Positions 51,400-63,760 are shown, numbered from the whole stretch's first letter. The stretch: DNA of 63,995 nucleotides, filler included, from Rhabdomonas costata (GCA_019059605.1; 31 parts of 31 records of this genome joined end to end with filler, not necessarily neighbours in it); one strand, 5' to 3'. Notes: generated by a model from the letters alone, not told the origin. Numbers and translations are program-made.

Positions 51400-51595
51400 T
51401 CAAAAAGTGCGCCCTTTACTCAACCCCTGGGAAAGCAGATGGTGGATGTCATAGGGAACAAACGGCACCCCGTCGCCGTAGTAGAACTTGTTCTGGAACT
51501 CCACCCAGTGCAACCGCAGGGCGTGCAGGAAGGCGGACAGGCTCTCCATGACCCCTAGCACCCCAATGGTGACCGCGAACCAGATCCCCCAGCCC
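51400..51595 (-). CDS. V-type H+-ATPase subunit a (Vph1/ATP6V0A family), C-terminus
   Basis: [39 protein letters not shown]...RTF-TGA. Confidence 0.97.
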
Positions 51596-52229
51596 ANNNN
51601 NNNNNNNNNNNNNNNNNNNNNNNNNNNNNNNNNNNNNNNNTTAATTAATTAANNNNNNNNNNNNNNNNNNNNNNNNNNNNNNNNNNNNNNNNNNNNGTGT
51701 GGGAGGGGGCTGGCCCTTTCTGGCACTGTGGGTACAACTCCCACCCACTGTGCACTTGCACTGCCGTTTCTTCATTCTTCATTCTTCGTTATTTATTCGC
51801 TGCCGTTCCCCCGCTGGGCCGGGTACTTTGGGGGAGGGGGGGTGAGCCTTCAGCAGCACGACGAGCTCTAGTACATTAAATGCCACCCCCCTCTCATCGT
51901 GATTCACTTTGTGTACAGCGATGGTGCGCACGGGTAGCGATGCTCCTTACAGTGATCGATACCCAACTCTTGCCGCATCGCAGATGGCGATGATCGTGTC
52001 CCCCGGGAATCCATTGGAAGGAGCTTTCCAGAATGTGAGTCGAGGATCGTAGCGAATACATTTGGTGCTTTCGTGTCCTACTTTTTTCCTATTTCCCTTT
52101 GTATTGTCACCATTCGTAGCGATCGCGAATACGCAGCTGCGTAGGGGTCTGCGCACTGTCGCTGTGTGCATTTTTCTTCTCTTTTCTCCCGCTTTGGATT
52201 TTTCTCTCTGTTTTTTTTTCTTGTCACAG

Positions 52230-53641
52230 GTCTGTGTGAAGTTAGTGATGAGTGGCGCGGAGCTCGACGCTCAGGACGAGGAGGGACTGACAGCGGCGAT
52301 GCACGCGGCGGAAGGTGGGCGGGCGGAGGTGCGTGCAATTTTCTATTCTTATTTTTGCTTCGTAGCCGGTATTTTTGCACCCCAACAGCGGTAGCCGCCA
52401 GTGGTAAGGTTTCGGTTCTCGGGATGTTAGCGACAAGGATAAAGAAACCCGAAGGGAGTTAGTGTGATGGCCTCGTAGATGCCAAAGCAGCGAATGAGAA
52501 AACGCCTTGCAGGGAAGTTTTCTGGACCTTGCAGGCGTTAATAGCATGTATCCTACACCGCGCACTGCTACTGTTTGGGTGGGGAAAATCTGGTTACTTT
52601 TACCCCCCCCCGTGACCTTAAATGGGTTCAAAGGTGTGAAAGGTTATCGTGGTGAGTTTGTTTTGGCTGTAACGAATCAAAAGTGGCCTCCAAAGCATGA
52701 CTGAGGCCCCCAAATCAAAAACGGGGCAGACGGGTACCATACTCTTATCGTAGCACACGTTCATAATTGCCATATTACCCCATTGTGCGAACGCCCTCTC
52801 TCCTCCCTCCCTCCCTGAGTATGCTTTCACCCGAGTCGAGATGAGCCGTTCTCTGTCGTCGCATGGCGCTGTTTTTTTTTGGTGCAGACCGTCACTGCAC
52901 TGGCGGAACTCGGCGCGGGGCTCTATGTGAAGGCCTATGACGGGCGCACGGTTCTGATGCTTTCTGCGAAGAATGACCTTGCTGAGGTGTGGTGTAAGCC
53001 GTCGTTGATGTGCACATCGCATGCACAGCTGGACAACGGTTGTGACGATGGGGTTAATGTGTGGACGCACTATTTCTCCTCTCAGCAGTGCTCCCATTTC
53101 TTGGGTACCCGGGGGACCGTCCATGTCGTAACGTCTGTCTGTGAGCACTGCCCCGATTTTCGGTAGTCGGTTTGCCCGCGGGCCACTTTATGTGTGATGT
53201 GAAAAGGTTTAGTGACTTCAAAATGAAGAAGTGCACCATGCTGACATGACGGATAAGGAGAATTTTTTTGCTATCCTTGAACATCCTGACTTTTTCCGTT
53301 ACACTTGGTACGGGCTTGGAGGCCATTCTTTATCGCCGTGCGTTTCGTCGATCTGTGCAGGACAATTTCGATTCGAGCGTCTAGAAAGCAGATCATGCTG
53401 ACATAGTGCACAACGTGAGACGTTTTTTCTACAATCGCTAAATCTCCTGTCGGTTCAGATCCTGACGTATAAACCTTCTTCAGGTCTCTCTTTGGTAGCA
53501 CCGGAGACAAAAGGCCATTGGTTATCGCGGTGTGCTTCGTAGGTCTGCGCATATTTGGTGGAGTGTTGCGCGGAGGTCGATGCTCGGGACAACGCTGGGC
53601 AGACTGCCCTGATCCTCGCAGCTGCCAGTGGCAGCCCTGGG
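52230..53641 (+). CDS. Ankyrin-repeat protein; three 99-nt phase-0 exons
   Basis: 52230-52328 (GAELDAQDEEGLTAAMHAA), 52888-52986 (DGRTVLMLSA) and 53543-53641 (AEVDARDNAGQTALILAA). Confidence 0.93.
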
Positions 53642-53763
53642 GTGAGTGCCTCCACCACCCCCCNNNNNNNNNNNNNNNNNNNNNNNNNNNNNNNNNNNNN
53701 NNNNNNNTTAATTAATTAANNNNNNNNNNNNNNNNNNNNNNNNNNNNNNNNNNNNNNNNNNNN

Positions 53764-53790
53764 GTGGTGGGTGTGTTTGGTGGGTTGGGG
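53764..53790 (+). other. Whole-genome-amplification primer remnant
   Basis: TGGGTGTGTTTGG followed by ten G/T-only bases at a contig start matches the 3' part of the GenomePlex/PicoPLEX-type universal primer and its degenerate K tail. Confidence 0.8.
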
Positions 53791-55250
53791 AGCCCCGCAG
53801 CTGGGCAAGAAGCTGTGCAGGGGAAAAAACCCATGGTCGTGCGTCGGCCGCTGCTCCGTGCAACAATTGACGGGGACTAGGCGACAGGCCACGGCTGAGG
53901 GCTGGCGGCTGGCTGTTGGCGAATTATTCCTAGAACTCTCTGACTGCCCAACCTCATCCCGCGACGGTGGGGGTCAATAGGCGAGAGCATTTTTAGAGGC
54001 CACAATCGCGTCAGGGATGACCGAATAGTACTCTCAATGTGTTCGTGGTTCAGAGTTCGCAGGAGAATGCGTTGTTTTCCCCGCCGAAGTGACTAGAACA
54101 GAGCGGTGGGCTTCTGCCCACCCCACCTACACAATGACCAACCATATCTTTCGTATTCCCCTCCCCCCCGCGATTTCATGCATTTTCATCTGTATCGTCA
54201 TGCGTTTCATTTCGGCTCGCGTTGCACTTCTGTTTTCTGCGCAAGCAAACCACAGAGTGTGCCTCACCCACCCACACCTCGCTGCGGGTGTTGCCCGGAA
54301 GAGAACCTCCAGCCGCCTTGCGGTCCATCATCACGGGGGACCGCGCAGGGTCCCCTCGTGGAAGGGATCCCCCACGGATTCCCCGCTCCCCTGCGCTGGG
54401 CAGAAATGTTCGGATCATGTTTTTGGGGGACCGCAGATGCGAAGGTTTAAGAATTTTGGAAGGTCCACACTTGGGCGACTTACCAGTGGGCCTGTGGGGC
54501 CATGCAGTACGTCCAACCACCAATAAACACAACAACAGAAGAAGAAACGCCTTGTAGTTCGAAAAGAAACATGGTAAAAGTGCGATAATGGTGATACATA
54601 TTTTCATCAGAGTTAGAGTCTTCTTCTTGATGGATCAAAAGCTGCGTCAGAATACGTGCCGTGCATGGCTCGCCAAATGGTAAAATTCCGCAGGTATAAA
54701 AAGTAAACTGGAAGGGAAACGGAACTGCGGCCGAAGGCAGCTTGTGAGAAGGAACCGTTTGTATTAGCAAAAACACACCAGCAAGAACGTTTGCAAGGCA
54801 CCTGTTTGTCTTCACGGGCCCCAGTAGTTAATAATCAAGGAGGCGAGGCTGGGGTAGAAAGAGTATTGTGCGTGGGGACGCACGGTTTAGCCGTCGCCTG
54901 AGGTGAGTGAGTTTACTTCGGCTTACCCCCACCCGTCCTCCTCTCTGTGTGCGGGTGCTGGGCCCTTTTGCACCCGCCGAAGGAGCAGTTCCCTCCTCAG
55001 CTCTTCCATCTCACACCGACGTGGTTTCCTTCGCCCCGTCCACCGTATTCATTGTGTTCCAGTGTGCACTCTAGTGTGCATATGTTTGTTGTTTGCTGCC
55101 CCGTGGTCTCAGACAGCATAGACCGCTGCTGTATGCCGTCGCTACTGTTGGGCACCCCGACTGTGCAGGCATGTGCCACCCAGTTCGGAATTATATGGAG
55201 GCAAACAGGAGATAACACCACACCGGAGACGACTGAGGATGTCGTACACC

Positions 55251-55720
55251 TTGAAGGGAAATTTCACAGGCAGCCATTGGTCCAAAGCTTCTTGGGTTAC
55301 CTGTGAGAAAACCCCCACCAAATTTTTGAAAGAACAATGAATGCCGTTGACGTTCTGTCCAAATTGCGTGCTTTAGTAGGCAGTGAGAATGAGCCCATTA
55401 CATTCTTGGACGCGTCCAAAAGGCCTTGATTCCTGAATGACCAGTGCACCACTCTCTTCTCCCCGTCACTGAGCTGATCCGGATGAAGCCGGTCGACAAG
55501 GCCAGGAAGGCCCTGAAGGACTCACAGAACAGCAACAAGAGAAAGAACAACTGTAACTCGCTCCTTCGCAAGTCCCCTCCCTGTCGTACCTCCCCAAAGG
55601 CAGACTTCTGCTGGGGAGTCATGCACTGCTCCGCAAGGGCCGGGGTTAGGGTCAGCTCACGCATCCTGTGCGAGAGCCCCACCAGGCGCCCGCGGAGCTC
55701 CTCGAGGCGGCGGTTGAGCC
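55251..55720 (-). CDS. Hypothetical protein, 3 exons
   Basis: LNRRLEELRGRLVGLS...AFGE|GLPGLVDRLHPDQLS...ASKN|VTQEALDQWLPVKFPFK join in phase 0 across GT-AG introns. Confidence 0.55.
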
Positions 55721-56085
55721 CCCACCCCCNNNNNNNNNNNNNNNNNNNNNNNNNNNNNNNNNNNNNNNNNNNNTTAATTAATTAANNNNNNNNNNNNNNN
55801 NNNNNNNNNNNNNNNNNNNNNNNNNNNNNTTGTTGTTGTCGAATGGAGTGTGGCCAGTTCCTGAGTCGCGCCTGAGACAGTCACCTGGGGGGTTGTGTCT
55901 TGTCAAGCTTCGCCCGCGTCAAGAAAGGGTGCGCCTCCAAGACAGGTGCGTATTCAAATGTCGTTGTCCCACTTCTGGCGAGGACCGCCTTTGAAAAACC
56001 TACCTACCTTCCTGCTCTCCACAACGGGAGGGCAAATCAGTATGGTCGAGGGGGTGTAATTGCATTGTTGTGGGCTGGTGGGCAG

Positions 56086-57395
56086 ACAATGGGAACCACA
56101 ACTACACCCTGGAGGCTCAGAGCTCCGTGGTGTCCAGCTTGGGCGGCTCCGGGCCAGGACCGGGGCCGGGGCCGGCCAACCTCTCCGCCTTGCAGCTGGC
56201 GCCCGGCCCCTCTCTGGGGGACTCTGTGAGCTTCACCGTGCAGGCCGGCGCCGCGCACCACCTGGATATGATCTCGCAGCCCACCCGGCCCATCTTGGTG
56301 TACGTCCCCAACAGTGGCCTGGAAACAGGTCGCAGAGCTTCTTTGTTTCGCGATGTACCTACACACAAGTTTTGCGCCCCAAAATGGACGCATCCGCTCC
56401 CATGAGGAAGATCATCAGAGATTACTGGTCGGCCCGGAAATGGCGGTGTATCTTTTTCCGAAGGCCTGCTTTCCTGCCTTAAGTGCACAACACACACTGG
56501 CAAAACAATGACCAGAGTTCGACTAAAAGGAAGTACTTTTCCTTTCCATGGCCGAAAAGGTCGCATTTTTTCTTTCTCTGGCGCACAAAGTTTCGCAAGC
56601 CAGCAGTGCGAGGGCTTTGTACCACTTTGTACCCAAGCTTAGGTCCTTGCCTTTTGGAATGACCAGGAACGTTCACCAGTGACTTCCACGTTGGGGTGTT
56701 CGACGTGGTGGGGAACCTGGTGGGGGACTTCCCGGGCACCATCTTCGCGGTCTCTCCGCTGGTCGTGATCCGCGGCGTGCCCACTATGAACGCCACCGTG
56801 CTTATGCCGCAAACGTCCCGCAGTGGAGGTATCTTTTGCAGTCGACTGGAATCCGAAAGCGCCGCTAAGTTGTATGTGATTGCGGGGGAATTTGGAACCT
56901 TACCTATGGTCATATGACGCCGGTCATGTCAAAAGTGAGAGTTACAACTGAAACAATAATTCTGCAAAAACTGGCCACGCCACCTCAAAGGCGAGATGCC
57001 ACTCATAATGGTCGTTTTAATATCCAGAAATGGCTGAAAAATTCCTGAAACACCCCATGTCATTTATGTCGCCTTTTCAGTGCGCCGTTGGGAAGATACC
57101 TGTAGTCTCCAACATTAGTATTCGTTTTTGGAGCTTTAGGAGGAAGGCCCACCCACAAAACACACGCACGGGTTGAAATGTGGTTTTAGAAGCCCCGAGG
57201 GTTTTTGAAGGGGGTCAAAAAAAGCCGTGCGATTCACGAAAAGGGTAGTGGCTGTGGTGTCCGCAGACGCATTCTCGCCACAGGCAACTTTGACATTGCC
57301 GTGAACGTGCTGGACATGTGCCACTCCGTGGTCTACGCCGTGAAGTTCGCCTCCTCCGTGGCCGGAGTGAGGGAAACGCAGTCCGACAACGTGAT
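56086..57395 (+). CDS. Surface/extracellular protein with a bacterial-type Ig-like repeat; partial
   Basis: Exons give SVSFTVQAGAAHHLDMISQP...|GTFTSDFHVGVFDVVGNLVGDFPGTI..., the FTVxAGAAxxLxxxxQP / VxVxDxxGNxV pattern. Confidence 0.55.
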
Positions 57396-58836
57396 GCTAT
57401 GCAATTGTGCCAGCCAGCTCCTTGCTGAGGACAGGTGCTGGCCTTCTCCGACTCAGAAGTTGATATGTTACGGGTCCTGGAACGCCGTAAACTGCCGCTA
57501 GGCCGGCACGTATGCATATGACAGTTCAAAAGTTCTTTTATCACAGAGGCAAGAAAAAAGCATATATTCTGAGTGTAACGTGCCTCAGCCGGGCAAAGAC
57601 AAGTGAACTCAGACCCCGGTTAAAAAGTCACCCATCCCTCGCCGACGCAGTGGCTTTGTGGCCGATGTGCTTCTTTGTCTCACTTCCGACTTCTCGACAT
57701 TCTTTCCTTACTGTGCATGATTGTGTGCGTTTTGTTTGCACTTGGTCTTCGAGAGTTTTGGAGAGCAGGTTTTGTGCGGTTTGTTGTGCGACCCACNNNN
57801 NNNNNNNNNNNNNNNNNNNNNNNNNNNNNNNNNNNNNNNNTTAATTAATTAANNNNNNNNNNNNNNNNNNNNNNNNNNNNNNNNNNNNNNNNNNNNGTGG
57901 TGGGGGAAAAGCCTGACGGCTTTCTGTGATGTGAATGGGCGGAAGGAATTGCCGTCTCACGTTCCGCGTTGACTTAACGTCGAAGTCGTGGGCGGGCTTT
58001 CGTGTGGCAAGTCGCATCGCAAGCCTTGCGCATTTTCCTTCTGGCGCAGTGCCGCGGAAGAGCGGAAAGCAATGCTAGCCCAACACCAAAGCCTCCGCAG
58101 AGCTTCAAAGGGAGCTGCAGCGGATCGCGGATCTTTTGGGGGCATCTTGATCAATGACTGGAAAGGGCTGCGCGGATGGCGTCGTTGGGTTGCATTCGAA
58201 CGCAGGGTTGTCATTTGGTGGGTGTGGCTCAAGCGAGCAGAACGAGAGAAGCTCAAATGATAGAGATGCAAAGACGCAAAGAAGAAAAGGAGGATGCTAC
58301 TCACGTAGCAAGCGATGGTTGACCGGGGCTAGGTCTGCACAAGGGATAGAGAACAAAGGGAGAGGTAGAACTGCAGTTCCGCCTGAGAGCGTAAAGAAAA
58401 GGGTGGTTGGGAAGGATACATAGAAGAAGAGATGCAAATGCAAATGGAGGACCAGAGCTCAACTCAAAAAGCAGTGCGTACTGATACAGCGCGGGAAAGG
58501 AATGTTGGCACTCCCCCGCAGTTTCTCACTGCGAGCGGGATTCTGCATTACAAACGGTGGGGGGAGGGCGGAACCAGGTCCCTGCCCTACTGAGACGGAG
58601 CACACGTACACGCACATGTTTGCAGGATTATTGAGGATGTGGTGTCTGAGCATCCCCCTAATAAGCACACGCCCGCAACCGCACACGGCCTGGTGCTCTA
58701 AGTTGCGGTGTAACTTTCGGCCTCCTTCCACACAAGCTCAACTGCAGGCGCAGACAAGAAAAACCCTTGAAGGCCATGTGTCCTTGGCAGTTGGTTTCGG
58801 CTTCCGCACATATTAGAGAGCTAAATCCAAGGACTT

Positions 58837-58931
58837 GAAGAAGAAGAAGAGGGCCATGCCGAAGCAGGCCTGGGGTCTTTTGTATGTGCAACAGGCCTCC
58901 CGAAACGCTCCGTGGCCGGTCCTTGGGGTCA
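58837..58931 (-). repeat. Dispersed repeat, copy 2, with a cUUCGg hairpin and a (TTC)n tail
   Basis: Shares 54 of 59 nt with 47404-47462 and an exact 21-mer with 33844-33864. Confidence 0.88.
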
Positions 58932-59460
58932 ACTCCAAACACGAAACTGGCGTACAGGAGCACAGGTTGAAACGAAGCGGCCGTGAGAAGGGGGCAGTTA
59001 TGGCAGGAAAGGAAGAGAGAGAGAAGGAGAACAGGAGGAAGGAGCCAGAGAGAGGTGAGCGGAAAAAGGAGCAAAGGTGGGAGAGCACGATAATGGAAGA
59101 GAAAGAGGAGCGGAAGTCGAGTACAACCGGAAGGTCGCTCCAGACCAGAACTCAATTGGTCATCGGTCGAGGGCCAACCAAAAAAAAAACAGTAATTCGA
59201 CCCCCTGCCTCATACGGTCGGGTTTAGATCGGGAAATCTGGCCCTGCACTTTTGAGCCAAACATTGACCAGCGGGGGGTGGAGGTAAGGACTTGCTGTCC
59301 ATTTTAAGGCCCTTTTACATTGTATTAAGAGAGCATCCACAACGTATTCACAAAAAACCAATCCACGCCGACCGGGACCCCGCAAATGGCACATGGACGC
59401 AGGCGAGTGCCATGAAAAGAAATAAGTAGTGTCAGAACAGAGAACCTTCACAAAACCCAC

Positions 59461-59721
59461 GCAGCAGGGCGCTCCTGGGAACACGCCCAACACCCTGACC
59501 GAGAAGGTGGTTCTCACGGACGGATCCACGAACTGCTTCGTGAGAAGAGTGCTGGAGAAGTTCTTCACGCACCGCGCATGGAGGGGCTCCGCCTCCACGG
59601 ACCTCAGGGCACCCAAGAACTGGAACCCCTCACCCTGGATGTACGGCTCCAAGGGCAGATTCGAAATCTCTTCCGATCTGTCCGCTAAAATGCCCACTCG
59701 ATCCGGAGGCAGAATGGTAAC
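59461..59721 (-). CDS. Hypothetical protein exon
   Basis: AG..GT-bounded GC3-rich segment VTILPPDRVGILADRSEEISNLPLEPYIQGEGFQFLG... Confidence 0.5.
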
Positions 59722-59963
59722 CTGTCGAGGTGCGGGTGGGGGGTGGAGGGCGTGCGCAGAAATCACCTGAGCTGGAGAACAAATGCCTGCGATGCTGGAA
59801 GCAAGGATATTTGAAGAAAGGGCCCAAAACGTTGGGTCCAACCTCTCCACATACCCCCCACCCNNNNNNNNNNNNNNNNNNNNNNNNNNNNNNNNNNNNN
59901 NNNNNNNTTAATTAATTAANNNNNNNNNNNNNNNNNNNNNNNNNNNNNNNNNNNNNNNNNNNN

Positions 59964-60003
59964 AAGAAAGAAAGAAAGAAAGAAAGAAAAGAAAGAAAGA
60001 AAG
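59964..60003. repeat. (AAAG)n microsatellite
   Basis: About ten tandem AAAG units at the contig start. Confidence 0.95.
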
Positions 60004-60676
60004 AAGCCAGTTTTATGTTACCACTGGTAGCCCTTAACACCCTCCCTCTCCCCAACTTCAATTGGGCCCATTTCTCGGCGGCCCTAATCTTGAAGGCGGG
60101 TTGGTGGATGGTGCAAGCGCGGGTCTCCATAACACCGCTTTCGAAATTTAGGATTTGCACAGAAAATGCAACACCGCCAGCAAGAAATTTGCGCCACTTC
60201 CTTTCAGCTTGCTCACTTCAAGGAAGGGGCACGCTTTGCACGCGCAAATTAACACAACCCACAAGCAGCACGATATTCCATGATATATTATAGGCAGGCT
60301 TGCAGCAATGAGGAAAACCAATCACCTGCACACGCGTCTGATGCGAGGTGCTCAGTTGAATCAACAATATGCTTGACATTCCGGAAAGCCATCACAGCCT
60401 CAGGACACATACTCTTCTGCCCTCTTTCCTAAACATCCACAACTGTTAAAAAAAACATCCACAGACGACACAAAAAACCCACAAAAAAAAACACACAACC
60501 CCATGAAAAAAAAACGAGCCAAACGGGAAACCACAAACACATACACGCCATACCTTGAAATTATAACCAGATTACCCAAAAACCATCATCCACAAAATAA
60601 CCTCCATTAAAACAAACCAAAACTACTCTTCCACATCCAAGATGTGAAGGCATGGTGACGAAGCCTATGCACGCAC

Positions 60677-61350
60677 CTGGGCTTCTTCGAAGGCTTGGCG
60701 CTCCACCAAGGCTTCGTCACGTTGTTGCCGCAGCTCCTGAAGCTCGCCTTGCAGCTGCATAACTTGATTCTGCAGCTCCAACCCTCCTTCACGGCTGCCT
60801 CGCAGAGCCTCTTCAAGCTCGCTCAGCTTCGCGAGCAGCTCCTCGCTTTGCTGCTGCCCAGCTCCGCTCGCCTTCCGAAGGGAGTCAAGCTCCTCTTCTT
60901 GGCGCTGCCGCTGGTCCATCACGTTCGTGAGCTCTTGGGCTTGGGCCTCAAGCTCGGCCTGTCGCTTCTCAAGCTCGGCTTTCGCGGAATGCAACTGTGC
61001 CTCAAGCTCAGACCTCACATCGTTGGCTTGGCTTAGAGAGGTCTCCATCTCCGCCACTCGAGCCTCCGACTGTTTCTTCTTCTCCTGCACCGACTGCAGG
61101 GCCTGCTTGGCCTTCTCTCGCGTCTCCTGGAGCTTCGCTGTGAGCTCTTCCACGACATGCGACTTCTGCTGGAGCTGAGCCTCCGCTTCCTCCGCTCGGG
61201 ACTGCGCAGCCTGGAGCCGCTCCGAATACTCCTGCTCGCCTTCCTGAAGGCCAGTCTGGTGCTTCTGTGGTGCCTCTTCCAGGTGTTCGGATACATCCCT
61301 GCTTGCGGTGAAGTGTTGTTGCTCCGAATCTTCAGAGCTGGTCCCCTGAG
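60677..61350 (-). CDS. Long coiled-coil protein exon
   Basis: More than 200 codons rich in E/Q/L/A/K with a heptad pattern, ending at CAG|GTGCGT. Confidence 0.85.
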
Positions 61351-62425
61351 GTTTAACCTGTTTTCGAAATCCCAGCAAGAGTGGAAGGTGTAGAGGGTTG
61401 GTGGCATGGTATTATGTTTTTGTACCCGTTGTATTTCCGACACTGCGTTTGAATAGGGTTGTTGTTGTTTTGTGTCATTTTAATTACGGTGCTGTTAAAC
61501 GTTTTCAGAGATACTAATCTCGCTCGTTCGCTCGTGGGTGGTATGCTGGTGTGTGGGCAGAGAGGGTGCGTAAAAAAATGATGAGCATGAGAAAGGTTAT
61601 TGTGTGTTTGATCACGCCGCACAGGAACTTCGTTCTCTCAGCATTCCCATGCTTCCTTCCCTTACCGCAAAGATTCGGAACACACATGGGCTGAAACACA
61701 TAAAATCGAAAGATTTTTTGTACAAAATTGGCCTTTTTTCTTTTCAGTTTTTTTTCTTTTTTGCAATTTCATAAAAATAAAAAATCCGGCCCCGACAGAG
61801 GAGCTCAAAGCTTATCTCTCGGTGCAATGGAAGTTGGGGTGGGGGTGGTAACGGTTACCAGTGGTAACAATTTCTCCTATGGGAGCATATTGAAGCATAT
61901 TCTAAAAAGTTGATAAAAGGTCACGCCCCNNNNNNNNNNNNNNNNNNNNNNNNNNNNNNNNNNNNNNNNNNNNTTAATTAATTAANNNNNNNNNNNNNNN
62001 NNNNNNNNNNNNNNNNNNNNNNNNNNNNNTGGCAGCGAAGAACATTGACAAACTCTCTGCTGCAGTAACCCAGGTCCTGTTTCCCACGGTGGAATTTATA
62101 ACCTCCTGATTCTTTTGTCATCTCAATCTCCTTTTCTAGGCGTGATTTTACAAAACGCTGGGCTTGCACTCTACATCATTGCAATGCACTACACATCACA
62201 CCCATCAGACCCATCAGACCCATCAGAAGTGGTGAAATCCCGAACGGCAATCAGCAAGACAATGAGAGCCCCATGGGAAAGGTGGGCGCAGTCAGGTTGG
62301 GCGTGAGTTATCGTGACGAGGAACTTTTTCATCTTCCCTAGACACTGTATTGGGAACTTGATTTCTGCTCTTCTGCCCCTCCCCCCTCATACACATACAC
62401 ACACGCTCTCTCTGTCTCTCTCCAG

Positions 62426-63760
62426 ATCTTCTCGCACATCAAGAAGATTGGGAAGCAGGTCAGCTATCCCATCCCCCGGGCCCTTGCGCTGATTGACGTG
62501 GTGACGCGGGACTTCACTGAGCAGATTGTGCGGGTGCTGGGCCCGCAGCAGCTGCTGTACTTGAGCTACGAGGAGTGCGACAAGGCCACCAGCGGGTTCG
62601 CCGACCTGTTCTCGCTGTGGGAGCAGGAGCACCGCAGCTTCGTCAAGCTCGCGCTGCAGCTCGCGAAGAAGCGCAACCAGAAGGTGCCTTGGTGCCTTTT
62701 CTGTCTTTGTAACTTTTACTCAGTTAGCTTCAGCTGCAAGTCAAGAACTATTTCATGCAAGGCTGAATGGTGCAATACTATAGGAAGTGCGAACATTTCC
62801 GCCGCTATTTGGAGGGGGGACGTTTTTGGCAGCACCCTATGATGGCTTTCTTCATTCTTCTTTTGTCCCCTGATCAGGTCTCAGAGAAATTCACGACGGA
62901 GCACCTGGCGTTGAAGACCCGGATCGAGCACATCCGCACGTGAGTACCTCCACTTGTCTTCCCGCTCCCTCCTACCCAGGCTTGGCCGTTTTAAAACTAC
63001 CTGGCCGTATTCTTGTATGACTGGCGCTGAGGAAGAACATCAACGTTGTAGGGGAAGAGGGAGGCGAACAGCCGTCAAACGGCCCAGATCGACTTTATGG
63101 GCTATGGATACAACGCTTCCGGTGACGCACCTTTTTATGGTTCGTGTTCTTTTGTTTTGTGCGTTGAAATTCTTGATTTTTTGATTAGGTTTCGACGACA
63201 GCACAACAACTTCCTCACGGTACTGAACCGTGTGATGCAGCACCCCGGCACGGGCCCGGGGGCGGACAGCTTTGGCAGCCTGAACGCCGTCGAGGAGGTC
63301 AGCCGGGCCTTCGAGGACGTCCGCACCATCAGCACGCGCTGCCTCGATGTGAGCCCAGGTACATCTATTGTTGGAGAGCAGATTTCGCGTACTCCCAAGA
63401 AAAGTTTTGGTTGTTGCTGTTGTTGCAGCAGGGGCCTTCAAACACAAGCCTTCGCGCGGGGGACCGCGCCGATCTTTTTATTCATATTCTCATGGGTTGT
63501 TGCAGAGGCGACGTCGATTTCGGGTGTGGGTGAAGTGTGTGGACGGATTCCTCTCCCCCCCCTCCCCCCGGCGTCCTTACGTTGTGTCTCCAGAGGGGCA
63601 GCAGCTGTGGGAGATCGCGATTCGCCAATACGAGGAGCGCATCGACCGCGTGGAGAACCACATCACCAGCCGTCTGCGCGAGCGCCTCAGCCAGGCCACC
63701 ACGGCCACGGAGATGTTCCGGATCTTCTCGAAGTTCAATGCACTGTTCTACCGCCCCAAG
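62426..63760 (+). CDS. DYNC1H1: Cytoplasmic dynein-1 heavy chain, N-terminal tail region; 4 exons
   Basis: Exons 62426-62683, 62878-62939, 63189-63358 and 63594-63760 give IFSHIKK...[22 protein letters not shown] and [44 protein letters not shown]. Confidence 0.96.

Noticed and set aside
58835..58915. Minimal hammerhead ribozyme on the plus strand of the dispersed repeat
   Set aside because: There is a stem-II-like GGC-CAT-GCC and a palindromic CAGGCCTG, but the CUGANGA box, GAAA and an NUH cleavage site are not all present in register.
1970..62029. Regularly spaced TTAATTAATTAA motif as a CRISPR-like array or biological repeat
   Set aside because: It is embedded in N-runs and is a standard six-frame-stop assembly linker.
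98..62227. Short tandem duplications (13-mer near 98, 12-mers near 19978 and 38790, 9-mer x3 near 62200)
   Set aside because: The units are unrelated and are consistent with ordinary replication slippage.
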